Positions 20,418-31,024 are shown, counted from the first letter of the stretch. The stretch is 64,000 nt of DNA from Waterburya sp. (GCA_965217895.1 CBDCJV010000002.1:2880001-2944000); one strand, 5' to 3'. Program-made: numbers and translations. The notes: generated by a model not told the origin, from the sequence alone.

Positions 20418-21374
20418 ATGCTCAAGGATGCTAGTCATAGACAAGTAGTTCAAAAATTCTCATTTATTCAAAGCTTAAATTTATCTCGCAAAGTAAATGA
20501 GAATCAAACTAGTGTCAATCGAGCTGCAATTTCTCAGCTAAAAGATCCAAATTCTACGACGATGGTAGCAGCAGCTACCATCGATACAAGCTGGTATGGG
20601 TCAGATGTTGATACTGATTCCTCTGGCTTAAATTTGGCAGAAATAGTTAAATATTCTGCTTTAGATAATTCAACTGATGCTTATCAGCCAAAAAATCATA
20701 ATTATCTGGGTAAAATTTTATTTTCTCTTGCTGTAAGCTATTGCCTATTTGTTCTCTGGTGGTTATTTGGGCATCAGGTCAATCAGCTTTTGACTACCTG
20801 GACAGGGGGTAAATACTTTACTATCTCCAAATCTGACGAGGAATTTATCAATTATGCAGAGCGATCGCTCGAAGTGATAGATCGTCAGCTAGAAACCAGC
20901 AAAACTAAAGCAGATAAGGAAGAGCAGATAGTCTACGTACCTGTGTATACCCCGCCTACTACCCCTAGTCTTCCTCCAGTATCTAATTTACCTTTAACCG
21001 CATCCAGTAACGATACACCTCAGATTCCTGAACCTGCTGCTGATGAGCCTCTAAAAATCCCCGCACCGCCACCACTTCCCCCTGCAACGCCGATTGAATC
21101 AGAATCAGCTAGTCCACCTGAGAGTGAAAAAAGTGAACAAGTTGCTGTCCAACCAACTCCTCAACCAGCTATAAAATATACATTGATTGGGATTTTAGAA
21201 TTGGGAGCAAATAAATCCGCAGCACTAGTTAAAGTTGATGGTCAAACTCAACGTGTCTGGGTAGGTGAAAAAATCAATAATGATGGTTGGATCTTAGAAT
21301 CAGTGGGAAATGAGTCAGCTAATATTAGCTATCAAGGACAAATTCGCTCTATCTCTGTAGGAGAAACGTTCTAA
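20418..21374 (+). CDS. Membrane-anchored Pro-rich protein with a C-terminal PilP/GspC-like beta domain
   Basis: One TM, Pro-rich linker, C-terminal LIGILELG..SAAL....G....V.VGE.I...GW.L.SV motif. Confidence 0.65.
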   Translation: MLKDASHRQVVQKFSFIQSLNLSRKVNENQTSVNRAAISQLKDPNSTTMVAAATIDTSWYGSDVDTDSSGLNLAEIVKYSALDNSTDAYQPKNHNYLGKILFSLAVSYCLFVLWWLFGHQVNQLLTTWTGGKYFTISKSDEEFINYAERSLEVIDRQLETSKTKADKEEQIVYVPVYTPPTTPSLPPVSNLPLTASSNDTPQIPEPAADEPLKIPAPPPLPPATPIESESASPPESEKSEQVAVQPTPQPAIKYTLIGILELGANKSAALVKVDGQTQRVWVGEKINNDGWILESVGNESANISYQGQIRSISVGETF

Positions 21375-21421
21375 GATATTAATTGAACTATGGGCGTTTT
21401 TAGTACCTAAATAAAAGCAAA

Positions 21422-21994
21422 ATGGGTTTATTTGACGACATCAATCAATTCTTAGAAGAGCGACTTGACGAATTTCTGCGTAACAATCCTCATTTAGAAT
21501 TTCAGGCGATTGAAGAACAATTAAGAGAGCAAGAGCGAGATACTATCAAATTGATTGCCAAGCTACAGCTTGAAGAGAAAAGCCTGCAAAGCCAAATATT
21601 AGAAACTGCCGAAAATATCCAAGCTTGGCACAAAAGAATTGGTAAAGCTGAGGCAGCTAAAAGACAAGATCTGGCTGATGCTGCTAGAGAAAGAGAGGCT
21701 GAATTACTCAGACAAGGCAATCAAGTTTGGGGACAAATGGAAGGAGTAAAGCAGCGCATTGTTCAAGCACAAGAACTTTTGCATAAGGTCAAGCAAAAGC
21801 ACCAGGAAATGAAAACCCAGTCAACTCAGGCAAAAACTTCCGCAACTGCCAATAATTATTCTAGTGATACTATAGGCTGGGATCGCGGTGCTAATGCCCC
21901 TCAATATAACCGTGGTGCAGATCCCCTAGAGGCAGAATTTCAAAAATGGGAAGTGGACGAAGAATTAGAAAGAATTAAAAGAAATATGAAATAA
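21422..21994 (+). CDS. TIGR04376-type PspA/IM30-related coiled-coil protein
   Basis: MGLFDD..FLEERLDEFLRNNPHL N-terminus; DPLE..F.KWE.DEEL C-terminus. Confidence 0.8.
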   Translation: MGLFDDINQFLEERLDEFLRNNPHLEFQAIEEQLREQERDTIKLIAKLQLEEKSLQSQILETAENIQAWHKRIGKAEAAKRQDLADAAREREAELLRQGNQVWGQMEGVKQRIVQAQELLHKVKQKHQEMKTQSTQAKTSATANNYSSDTIGWDRGANAPQYNRGADPLEAEFQKWEVDEELERIKRNMK

Positions 21995-22040
21995 GCATAG
22001 TCATTGCAATTAATTTTTGCAGGTTTGTCTGTAATGGAGG

Positions 22041-22331
22041 TTAGAGGTCAGATTGTGAATCTTGAGAAAATTCGGGTAAATTTGAAGTCTTGTTTCTGCA
22101 TTCTTCTAAAACACCAACCTGATTAATTAGAGTTGCAGTTTGATATAAAGCATCGTCAGTTGCCGACTCTTGACGAAACATTGCCATTATTCCTTTTTCA
22201 TAGTTAGATGCGATCGCTAAAAAAGCTCCAGCTAATATATAAAGAGGCAAAGGCATTATAAACTGCTTTAACCAAATACTAAACTCAGCCAACACAAACA
22301 AAATCCCTACACCAATCAACCAAGCTTTCAT
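22041..22331 (-). CDS. Small two-TM hypothetical protein
   Basis: PLPLYILAGAFLAIASNY motif. Confidence 0.65.
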   Translation of the reverse strand: MKAWLIGVGILFVLAEFSIWLKQFIMPLPLYILAGAFLAIASNYEKGIMAMFRQESATDDALYQTATLINQVGVLEECRNKTSNLPEFSQDSQSDL

Positions 22332-22406
22332 ATTTACCGTTCTCTATTGTTAGATCGAATGCTTGAAATATTCATTGTTAATTGCTCATTGTTCATTGTC
22401 AATTGT

Positions 22407-22907
22407 TCACCATCCCCACGTTCCTGATTCTCCTTTAAACGGTCCAACTATATCTTGAGTTATCCAACCACCATAAAAATCTCCTGCTTGCGCCTTGACT
22501 AGCTCATCATCGACATAACAGGCATCCATTTTACTCGGATAAAAAGCCAAATAGTCTTTAATTGGCGCAAAATAATCCGTTGGCGAACTATAGTACCAAG
22601 CTGCATTTTGTACCTGCTTATCTCCTACAGTCAAATTGTAATAGCTAGCTAACCCTTTCCATTCACAAAAAGAGCTTTTAGAATTGGCAAGCTCAAGATA
22701 TTCGGTTTTAATATCTACGGGAGGAATATAGTAAACAGGAGGATGACTAGTTTCTAACACACGATAAGCGTTACCGCTATCGGCAATAGTAATGTCATTA
22801 AAAATGATTCTAATTTGTTTTGGCGATTGCTCTAGAAGTGGCGGACGAGGATAATCCCAGACAGATTCTTGTCCTGGCTTCGGTTCAATACGCTGTAGAT
22901 GATTCAT
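22407..22907 (-). CDS. DUF427 family protein
   Basis: QESVWDYPRPP, LETSHPPVYY, CEWKG and FYGGWIT motifs. Confidence 0.9.
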   Translation of the reverse strand: MNHLQRIEPKPGQESVWDYPRPPLLEQSPKQIRIIFNDITIADSGNAYRVLETSHPPVYYIPPVDIKTEYLELANSKSSFCEWKGLASYYNLTVGDKQVQNAAWYYSSPTDYFAPIKDYLAFYPSKMDACYVDDELVKAQAGDFYGGWITQDIVGPFKGESGTWGW

Positions 22908-22924
22908 TAGTAATTGATAATTGA

Positions 22925-24169
22925 TTATCCTTGAACTATTTGCTTGATGGTTGTAAAGGTTTCTACACTAATTAAACCTTGACGATATCCTTTTTGATTG
23001 GACATTCCTAAAAACACATCTTCTCCCCCTTCAGGATTACGAGAAAATCTAGGTGAAGTGTTGATATAAACCAAAGCACTATCAATCCCTTGAACAAATT
23101 GACGACCCTCTTGATAGGATTCTGTCACAATACAGTCAGCATGACCACTGCTGTAACGATTTATCCAAGATACGGCTTTGGATAAGTTATCTACAAAGCG
23201 AAATGCTACTATTTTTCGTAAATAAGGTCTTCCCCATTCTTCAGACTTCATTAACTTTAGGTATTCAGGAAACTCGTTTACCAACACCTCATCTCCTCGT
23301 AGCCTAAACCCTTTTTGCTGAAGACTATTAAACAAAGACTCTAATGCAGAAGGTTTAATATTCTGATTGATCAATACCTTTTCAATCGCATTAACTGCAT
23401 CTGGTTCACTATCATGACTGTCTACAATTACCTGGCGAATCAATTCTAAATCTCCGCTGAGTGACCAATATAAATAACAATTGCCAATCGTAGTTCTTAG
23501 TACCGTTGCCGTTGCTTTTTCTGCCACCTGCTGCACCAAACTAGGACGACCATAAGGAATTACTAAATTAAGATGGCGATCTTGGGTGACTAAATCTTGA
23601 ACGGAGATCCCTGAATCTGGAGAGATAGTTTCAATCGAGCTTGGAGGCAAGTCTGTATTAGCCAAAGCTTTTTTTAAAACAGCCGCAATGACTTGATTGG
23701 AATTGCTGGCAACACCACAGCCTCTAACTATCAAGCTGTTACCTGTTTTGAGGCACATTCCTGCTGCGATCGCTGCAAGTTCGGGAAAAGCTTCATGTAC
23801 TAAAGCGATTGTTCCCAAAGGTATTAGCTGACAATAAGTTTGAGATGGCTCTAGCTGGTAGGGAGCGTTGATTAAGCGTCGTGTCGGATCTGCCGATTTT
23901 GATAGCTGTTGCAAAATAGAAACAGTCATTTCTAATCTCTCTGGAGTCAACTTTAGCCAATCAACAACTGGTTCGGCGATCGCCATCTCTCGACTCATTT
24001 CTAAGTCTAAAGTATTGGCTTCAAGTATTTGATCGAAACTGTCTTCCATTAACTCTGCCAATGCTGACACACCCAGCCTTCTTTTAGCTGCCGATGTTTG
24101 AGCCAGTATAGCGGCGGCTCGGTTAGATTCTCGAACTATAGTCAGCAGTTGGTTGGATGAACTTTGCAT
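22925..24169 (-). CDS. Gamma-glutamyl phosphate reductase-like protein (divergent ProA paralogue)
   Basis: ProA fold motifs (ILEANxLD, PLG, CLKTGN, SSGH, VYINTSPRF), but the catalytic Cys position reads DAVNAIE. Confidence 0.85.
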   Translation of the reverse strand: MQSSSNQLLTIVRESNRAAAILAQTSAAKRRLGVSALAELMEDSFDQILEANTLDLEMSREMAIAEPVVDWLKLTPERLEMTVSILQQLSKSADPTRRLINAPYQLEPSQTYCQLIPLGTIALVHEAFPELAAIAAGMCLKTGNSLIVRGCGVASNSNQVIAAVLKKALANTDLPPSSIETISPDSGISVQDLVTQDRHLNLVIPYGRPSLVQQVAEKATATVLRTTIGNCYLYWSLSGDLELIRQVIVDSHDSEPDAVNAIEKVLINQNIKPSALESLFNSLQQKGFRLRGDEVLVNEFPEYLKLMKSEEWGRPYLRKIVAFRFVDNLSKAVSWINRYSSGHADCIVTESYQEGRQFVQGIDSALVYINTSPRFSRNPEGGEDVFLGMSNQKGYRQGLISVETFTTIKQIVQG

Positions 24170-24179
24170 TGCTTTTTTG

Positions 24180-24590
24180 TTAATGCCGATAGACTACAAA
24201 CAGTGCCATTAGCAGCAGTATGATTAAAATTAAAAATGATACCGCCCAAGAAATGATACTCTGGGTACTCAGCCAGCGCAACATTATAGGTAACACAACC
24301 ACTGCTATAAAGGTTGAGATGCTTAATATGAGTATTTTTGCTAGATAGTTTTGTGTCCAAATATCATAGGCACTTTTCCAGCGGTGTCCTGTCCACCGCC
24401 AAGATTTTTTTTGATACATTGAGGCTAATTGCTCAATTACCTGACCATCTTTTTTGATCTCAAAAATTTGTTGACAGCGATCGCAGCCTAAAGCTTCAGT
24501 CAACACGATCGGCTTAAGATTGCCTTTACGTCTGCAAGGACAAGGATATTCGCTACTTGAATCTATTTTCTGTATTTTGTGAGAGCGCAC
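24180..24590 (-). CDS. Cys-rich (CPC...CxxC) protein with two C-terminal TM helices
   Basis: YPCPCRRKG and GCDRCQQIF; hydrophobic C-terminus. Confidence 0.75.
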   Translation of the reverse strand: MRSHKIQKIDSSSEYPCPCRRKGNLKPIVLTEALGCDRCQQIFEIKKDGQVIEQLASMYQKKSWRWTGHRWKSAYDIWTQNYLAKILILSISTFIAVVVLPIMLRWLSTQSIISWAVSFLILIILLLMALFVVYRH

Positions 24591-24926
24591 TGGAGTTGAT
24601 TTAAGTTAGGAAAAGTTAATTGTTCGATCTAATTTGATAACTATCTATTAAAGATAAATATATTATCTTCCACTATTGTCTTAACACTCTTCAACTTTAT
24701 TTTTATTTTAATGAAGCCGTAGGATTTAATAGCCTCTTGCTTAACTTAAATTCTTGATATTTTTCTTAACGAGAGCTTATAAATAGCTCTTGATTTCAGA
24801 CTGGTTACAAAAAGCATTATACCAAATCCGATTGATAAAGGTAACGATCAATTTACTGACTTCTGGCTTGAAAAGCAGATAAATTATCTATACGAACAGG
24901 ATTTAGTATTATCTTCTGCTTTAAAT

Positions 24927-26597
24927 TTATGCGCCGACTTCAGCTAGATAGCGATGAACAAACATAATGGCAATTGACCCTTCCCCCACTCCAGAAGCTA
25001 CCCGTTTAACTGAATTATGTCGGACATCTCCCGCCACAAAAATACCAGGAACACTAGTTTCTAATAAAAAAGGATCGCGATCGCGATTCCAGCCTTTAAA
25101 ATGCTCGCTTTTCTTAAGATCCGCCCCTGCATAGATAAAGCCTCGTTCATCTTTTGCCACTAACCCATCTAACCATTCGGTTTCAGGTTTAGCCCCAATA
25201 AAAACAAATAGAGAATTGGTTTCTACCTGTTCGGTTTCCCCTGTTTGATTATACAGCAAAGTCAATCCTGTCAGGCTATTTTCTCCCTGTACTTCGGTAA
25301 CTTCGGTATGGTTTAATACTTCAATGTTATCGGTGGCATCTATTTGATCGATAAGATACTGAGACATACTTTTAGTTAAAGAGTCTCCCCTAACTAGCAT
25401 CGAAACTTTAGCAGCATACTGAGAAAAATACATGGCTGCTTGTCCTGCTGAATTTGCCCCGCCAATGAGATAAATATGTTCATCTTGACAAGACAAAGCC
25501 TCGGTTTTGGCTGCACCATAATAAATACCTCTACCCGTCAGGCGATCGCATCCAGGCAAATTTAATCTACGCCAATATACTCCCGTTGCCAGTAACAAAG
25601 CATGACAGTTGATTTCGCTACCGTCAGCTAACTTAACAAGGCGATAGGGGTCTTCTAGCCTTACCTGTACAACCTCCTGGGGAGTAAGGATTTCTACCCC
25701 AAACCGTCTGGCTTGAGTAACGCCTCTTCTGGCTAAATCGTCACCGCTTAAGCCCACAGGGAAACCGAGATAGTTTTCAATTCGAGAACTTGAACCTGCC
25801 TGTCCACCAGGGGCAGAACGTTCGATCATTACCGTACTCAAGCCTTCTGATGCCCCATATACTGCTGCTGCCAAACCCGCAGGGCCTCCACCGACAATTA
25901 CTAAGTCATAAAAGGGTTTCTCCGCTTGAGTTTGTAGCCCGATTTTTTCGGCAACTTCTAGGTTACTAGGCTGTTCTAACTTATCGCCGTTGGCAAACAA
26001 TACCAGAGGAAGTTTAGGCTGGCTATCTTGATGGGATACATATTCAATTAGCTTAGTTGCTTCTGGTTCAATTTCTACATCCAGCCACTGATAGGGAATC
26101 TGGTTACGTGCCAAAAAGTCTTTCACATTATGGGAACAGGGCGACCAGCGATCGCCAATTACTCTAATTCCTTCAAATGCAGGACGATATACCGCTAACC
26201 AATCTTCTAATAAATCATCTAAGACAGGATATAGCTTTTCTTCTGGAGGATCCCAAGGCTTAAGGAGATAATAATCTAGTCGGGCGGTATTAATCGCCTC
26301 AATTGCAGCATTAGTGTCGGCATAGGCTGTGAGTAATACCCGTTTAGCTTTCAGAAACATCGGTGCCGCTTTTTCAATAAACTCCACCCCGCTCATTTCG
26401 GGCATTCTTTGATCGGTGAGGAACAAAGCTACTGTTTCATTGCGTAACTTAAGCTGTTCTAAAGCCTCAATTGCCGATGCCCCAGAGTTAGCGCGAACAA
26501 TGCGAAAGCGATCGCCATATTGCTTTCTTAAGTCACGAGCGATCGCCTGTAGTACTTCTAAATCGTCATCGACGGTTAAAATTGTTGGTTTAGCCAT
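24927..26597 (-). CDS. Receiver-domain / glutaredoxin-like / thioredoxin-reductase-like fusion flavoprotein
   Basis: REC (VDDD, DQRMP, KPW); GGGPAG FAD site, GGANSA NADPH site and FVAGDVR. Confidence 0.9.
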   Translation of the reverse strand: MAKPTILTVDDDLEVLQAIARDLRKQYGDRFRIVRANSGASAIEALEQLKLRNETVALFLTDQRMPEMSGVEFIEKAAPMFLKAKRVLLTAYADTNAAIEAINTARLDYYLLKPWDPPEEKLYPVLDDLLEDWLAVYRPAFEGIRVIGDRWSPCSHNVKDFLARNQIPYQWLDVEIEPEATKLIEYVSHQDSQPKLPLVLFANGDKLEQPSNLEVAEKIGLQTQAEKPFYDLVIVGGGPAGLAAAVYGASEGLSTVMIERSAPGGQAGSSSRIENYLGFPVGLSGDDLARRGVTQARRFGVEILTPQEVVQVRLEDPYRLVKLADGSEINCHALLLATGVYWRRLNLPGCDRLTGRGIYYGAAKTEALSCQDEHIYLIGGANSAGQAAMYFSQYAAKVSMLVRGDSLTKSMSQYLIDQIDATDNIEVLNHTEVTEVQGENSLTGLTLLYNQTGETEQVETNSLFVFIGAKPETEWLDGLVAKDERGFIYAGADLKKSEHFKGWNRDRDPFLLETSVPGIFVAGDVRHNSVKRVASGVGEGSIAIMFVHRYLAEVGA

Positions 26598-26651
26598 TTT
26601 AAAGGGATGAAGGCGAAAGGATGAGGCATGAGGAAATATAGCGATTGTATC

Positions 26652-26680
26652 GTAGGGACGATTCGCGAATCGCCCTTACA
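26652..26680. repeat. GTAGGG...CCCTAC-type short palindromic repeat
   Basis: GTAGGGACGATTCGCGAATCGCCCTTACA; related to the palindrome at 50612-50639. Confidence 0.6.
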
Positions 26681-26684
26681 AGAT

Positions 26685-27314
26685 CTACACCGTACAAACT
26701 ACTTCATAGAGATGATATTCATTATCGGCAATACCATCCCAATAAGGTTGATCTTTGCCAAATCCAGGTTGTTTTGTTAGTTCTTCGATGGCTTCTTTGC
26801 TTTCCCACTGCCCATAGTTAATCACGCGAGTACCGTCTAAACTACGGTGAAAAGTAGCGGAAATTAATCCTGGCTGTTCCATGGCAGATTTAACATGGCT
26901 TTTAGCTAATTCTATCATTTTCGGCTGATTGGCTGGCTGCATACCAAATTCAGCAAAATGAACGATGTATTCTCCTTCTTTTATTTCAGGCGTACCTACT
27001 TTTGATTCTGAAGTCACGATTTCATATACGTGGGAATCTGGAGGAGTAAATTCTCGAAGTTTTCCTGCCTGCGACTGTACTTCTTGGTTATTTACAAAAG
27101 ATTGATAAGCATCCATACTTGACCACTGAGCATAGTTAACGACTTTTACTCCGTCAATGCTTTTATGTAAATTAGCTGAAATAAAGCCAGGTTGAGTCTT
27201 AACAGTTTCGAGAAATTTTTTAATCGTGTTAAAAAGTTCTTGCTGCTGTTCGGATTCAACCGTAAAAATAACCATTACGGTAGTCAAACTATTATCCAAA
27301 GAAAGAGTAGCCAT
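26685..27314 (-). CDS. Tandem ABM (antibiotic biosynthesis monooxygenase-like) domain protein
   Basis: Two copies of QPG.ISA..H.S.DG..V.NY.QW.S. Confidence 0.88.
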   Translation of the reverse strand: MATLSLDNSLTTVMVIFTVESEQQQELFNTIKKFLETVKTQPGFISANLHKSIDGVKVVNYAQWSSMDAYQSFVNNQEVQSQAGKLREFTPPDSHVYEIVTSESKVGTPEIKEGEYIVHFAEFGMQPANQPKMIELAKSHVKSAMEQPGLISATFHRSLDGTRVINYGQWESKEAIEELTKQPGFGKDQPYWDGIADNEYHLYEVVCTV

Positions 27315-27388
27315 AATTTAAAGGATAAGGAGTGAAGGGTAAGGGATGAAAATATATTAGCGTAGTTAAAATGCTTAATGTTCAATGC

Positions 27389-28045
27389 TCAATGCTCAAT
27401 GTCAATATCACAGGTAATCAAGCGACCTAAAAAGAAATTAGTCATCTTCGATCCATAGGGAGAATTCCACCAGCGAGAAGGATGACAACCCAACGGCGCA
27501 TTAAGACTAAAATCTAATTCATCACAGGGAAGCCAACGATTATCTTTGCGCCATCCTAAGTGTTCGCCCCAAGTTTCGATTAGCTGTCGGTTTTGCTCAA
27601 GGATAGTATTAAAACCACCGCCCAGTTCTTGATATGTTTTTAACTGAGGACTAAAACCAAAATGACCATCACTGTATTTTATCCATAGGCGATCAATTAC
27701 GATCAAATCATTACAGGGAAAGTGTCGAATGTCTTCGGGAGTCAACTCTTCAATTTCTTTGGCTGTCACCGACAGAATTAATCTGATAGTTTCTTTGTCC
27801 GCTTCAAACCAATTATTTTCAGCTAAATATTGTTGAAGACTTTTATAACGATAGCGATCGCCTAACAACATCAAATCAGCTTCAAACTGAGAGATTTTAG
27901 CTGGTAGTTTGGATACTTCCCCTAAATTATTTTCTAAGTTATCAAAACGGCGGGTTAATTGACTTAACTGTTCTTGAATCGCAGATAGCTGGGTCGTAAG
28001 TTGCTCAACAACTCGATCTTGATTGTCGCTCATCAGTGCATTCAC
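27389..28045 (-). CDS. GUN4 domain protein with N-terminal coiled coil
   Basis: EADKET, IDRLWIKYSDGHFGFS and APLGCHP motifs. Confidence 0.88.
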   Translation of the reverse strand: MNALMSDNQDRVVEQLTTQLSAIQEQLSQLTRRFDNLENNLGEVSKLPAKISQFEADLMLLGDRYRYKSLQQYLAENNWFEADKETIRLILSVTAKEIEELTPEDIRHFPCNDLIVIDRLWIKYSDGHFGFSPQLKTYQELGGGFNTILEQNRQLIETWGEHLGWRKDNRWLPCDELDFSLNAPLGCHPSRWWNSPYGSKMTNFFLGRLITCDIDIEH

Positions 28046-28145
28046 TTAAACTTTAGTAAAAGATTAACATTATTGGTCAATAATGAGCAGTCAACAATTC
28101 AATCAAATTCAAAACAAATAAATCAGTTCAGATGAAACGTAATCT

Positions 28146-28580
28146 TTAAGATCGCACTTCTTGAGGTGGCGAAGTCAATCTTGAGAGGGATGGAGGTTGG
28201 TCGATTTCGCTCTTTTGTTTATCTAGCGATAAAGATTTTCCCTCTGCATCGGCACTTTTATCAATTGCCATTAACAAGAGGTGATTTAAAACTGTTCGCA
28301 GTAAAATAATTGCGGCTAGTTGTCCTAGATCGTTCCAGGTTGGTGTAATCGTCGTCTTTAAAATGCTTCCTCCAACCAAAAAACTCAGTCCTAGAGAAAA
28401 AGCATAGCCTAACTCTAATCGACTTCCTTGAAAGGCGATCGCCGAACTAAAATCAGTAAAAATATGCTTACCATAAATAATTAAAGCTTTAATTATGCCT
28501 GTAACGATAATGAACAGTGCTAGTAACTGACATAAACTAACTACCCAATTATTAAGAGTGCTGACTAGATGTATAAACAT
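28146..28580 (-). CDS. DUF1622 membrane protein
   Basis: RLELG...LGLSFLVG..IL.T...PTW.DLGQLAAI..LRT.LN motif. Confidence 0.85.
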   Translation of the reverse strand: MFIHLVSTLNNWVVSLCQLLALFIIVTGIIKALIIYGKHIFTDFSSAIAFQGSRLELGYAFSLGLSFLVGGSILKTTITPTWNDLGQLAAIILLRTVLNHLLLMAIDKSADAEGKSLSLDKQKSEIDQPPSLSRLTSPPQEVRS

Positions 28581-28663
28581 TGTTGTTTTTTATTTGATTA
28601 ACCCGTCTTTGGCGATACTTTTAATTATCGGCTGTTCTAGTAAAATAACTAAAAACTAAATAT

Positions 28664-29500
28664 ATGCTGACTCAATGGGACTATTTTCTCAAAAATTTAG
28701 GTGAATGGCACGGCTCGTTTACTCGTTTTTCACCTCAAGGGGAAAAGCTAACAGATACTCCTACTTTAGTTACCTTAGAAGGACTAAATGATAATAAAAA
28801 TGTTCACCAGGTAGTCCGCTATCTACCACCAGATGAACCTAGTCGTGATGTAGTGGTAGATTATGACTCTCTTAATCGCAGTATTATTTTCTTTGCTAAT
28901 GGTGCTTTCTCTCAGGGAAGTATGCAGTGGAGTCCTTACAGCACTTTCGGCGGTGAGTTTGGCTTAATTGATAATGATTTTGGCGATGGCACTCGTAGAC
29001 TGCGAATGGTAGAACTTTATAATAGTGCTTCTGAGTTAGACAAGGTAGTGCTAATTAGGGAAAAGCTGCCCAACAGCAACGTTCCTCAAAGATCAGCTTT
29101 AACCGTTGCTAGTTTAATAGGAGAATGGCAGGGAGAGGCAACCACTATGTATGCCGATCTGCGAAATCCCGATACCTTTACTAGCTACTTAAAGATCGAG
29201 CAAAAAGACAGTGAGCATCTAGAACAGAGTTTGTCTTTTGGCGATCGCACCATAAGCTCCATTGCCAGAATAGAAAACTCCAAATTATTATTTGAAAATA
29301 GCAGTTTACCAACCCAAGTTTTGCTGCTACCTGATGGGGCATCCTGCAATTGCCCTTTGAAAATTCAACTCGGTCACAATTTTGTCCTAGAAATGGGATG
29401 GTTGCTCAAACCAGATATTAGACAAAGAATTATCCGTAGCTACAACGAGAAAGGTAACTGGGTTAGCTGTACCTTAGTCACAGAAAAAAAGGTTAGATGA
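28664..29500 (+). CDS. DUF3598 family protein
   Basis: QW..F..NLGEW.GSFT; second repeat L.GEWQG; LLLPDGAS. Confidence 0.85.
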   Translation: MLTQWDYFLKNLGEWHGSFTRFSPQGEKLTDTPTLVTLEGLNDNKNVHQVVRYLPPDEPSRDVVVDYDSLNRSIIFFANGAFSQGSMQWSPYSTFGGEFGLIDNDFGDGTRRLRMVELYNSASELDKVVLIREKLPNSNVPQRSALTVASLIGEWQGEATTMYADLRNPDTFTSYLKIEQKDSEHLEQSLSFGDRTISSIARIENSKLLFENSSLPTQVLLLPDGASCNCPLKIQLGHNFVLEMGWLLKPDIRQRIIRSYNEKGNWVSCTLVTEKKVR

Positions 29501-29542
29501 CTTTTTATTAATTATTTCGCAACAAGTCTAATTAACAATTAA

Positions 29543-30193
29543 TTAGGTTTGAGAGTCAATTACCGAACTCCAGTCATCGTTTTTGACTGCTGCTTCTAAT
29601 TGGTGACGGCGTTTGATTTCGACCTCGCTTTGTATAGCTTGTGATGTCAATTCATCGGTTAAGGTGGCATCTGCCATTGCTTTACGTAGCTTTAATTTCT
29701 TATCTTCATAGGCATCACGTTCGGCATTGGTCATAGCAGCTTTGGCTGCTTCACCAATTGTCCGCGCCCAAGTTCCTTGTTCGCCAGTATTTCCAGTGGG
29801 AGTATAGTTAATTTCTGCTATCCACTCATTTTTAAGTGCTTCCATTGCTTGACGTTTGGGAAACTTAAAAGTTTGAACCCGAACAAAAGTACATACTTGA
29901 GTCCCGTTTTGAGCAATATGTCCCCTAAGAGAACGTAAAACATCTCTAGAATAACCAACATACTGATAAACGCGATCGCTATTTAAAACTGCATAAACTC
30001 CAGCAACTTTAGCATTTCCTGCTTGTTTTTCCCATGCGGATAAAGCAACTATGGCTGTTCCATCAGACTGCGGGACAACGGTAGAGGCATCAGCAGTATG
30101 CTCATGGTCAGAACTATATAAAAAGCTATGCAAACCTTGATGAGCAGTAGGAACGTTTTGATGTTCGATGGGAGTATTTTTTTCAGATTCCAC
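29543..30193 (-). CDS. GIY-YIG-like domain protein
   Basis: GVYAV...YVGYSR....LR.H motif. Confidence 0.75.
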   Translation of the reverse strand: MESEKNTPIEHQNVPTAHQGLHSFLYSSDHEHTADASTVVPQSDGTAIVALSAWEKQAGNAKVAGVYAVLNSDRVYQYVGYSRDVLRSLRGHIAQNGTQVCTFVRVQTFKFPKRQAMEALKNEWIAEINYTPTGNTGEQGTWARTIGEAAKAAMTNAERDAYEDKKLKLRKAMADATLTDELTSQAIQSEVEIKRRHQLEAAVKNDDWSSVIDSQT

Positions 30194-30343
30194 AGCTATA
30201 GTCTTGGTAAAGATCTATTGATTATCCTACCCGTATATAGCTCGACAAAACCTTTCTAGATAAGAATTGTAATTTAATTTATGGCGTTGCCGATTACAGA
30301 TTTGCCATAAAAAAGACTAGAGAGAATTACAGCAAACGTTTCT

Positions 30344-31024
30344 TTAAAACTCAACTTGTGCCAAACGCTTCTGTAACATCCCTGGGAAAGCCTCATAGTA
30401 TTTTTGATTGAGGGGAGAAGGATGGGGCAAGGGTAGCAATTTCACTGAACGTTGATGAGTCATGCCCAGATCGTCTGTAGCACTGAGGTTTACGGTTAGA
30501 GAATTTTCAAAGCGATCGCTACTTTTATAAAAACTTTCAACTTCTCCTTTTGCACCATAGGGAACAAACCACTTAAAAGCTTCTGTTCCTAGGGGGATAA
30601 TTTGATCTCCCTGCCAATGAAAGACAAATAATTTCTCTATAAAAGGACGAAATCTTTTTTTTACCTTCATCAAATAAGCTTTGTTTCCTGGTGGCTTATA
30701 CGGCACAGTATTAGTTAATAAAACTCTCTCAATAATCGTCGCGTCTAAATCTTTTCTGGAAGGGGCTTTTTGTTTATAAATCCCATAATAAAAACCTTCT
30801 CTGACCATTGTCCCTGAAGCACCAATCAAAGGTTGCTCAGCATGAACCTCATCTTTACCTAAATCACGACCAAAAAAACAAAGGGGACTTTGTAAATTTC
30901 CTGCATAAAGAATTGGCTTAGTAGGCTCAAGACCAGCAGATTTATATACAGGAATATCTATCGGAAAATCTTCTCTTTGTGCTTCTTGTTGCACCTGAGC
31001 AATTAAAGTAGCAATATCAGACAT
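30344..31024 (-). CDS. Uracil-DNA glycosylase superfamily protein
   Basis: GRDLGKDE, PLIGASG, LTNTVPYKPPGN and HPSPLN motifs. Confidence 0.85.
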   Translation of the reverse strand: MSDIATLIAQVQQEAQREDFPIDIPVYKSAGLEPTKPILYAGNLQSPLCFFGRDLGKDEVHAEQPLIGASGTMVREGFYYGIYKQKAPSRKDLDATIIERVLLTNTVPYKPPGNKAYLMKVKKRFRPFIEKLFVFHWQGDQIIPLGTEAFKWFVPYGAKGEVESFYKSSDRFENSLTVNLSATDDLGMTHQRSVKLLPLPHPSPLNQKYYEAFPGMLQKRLAQVEF

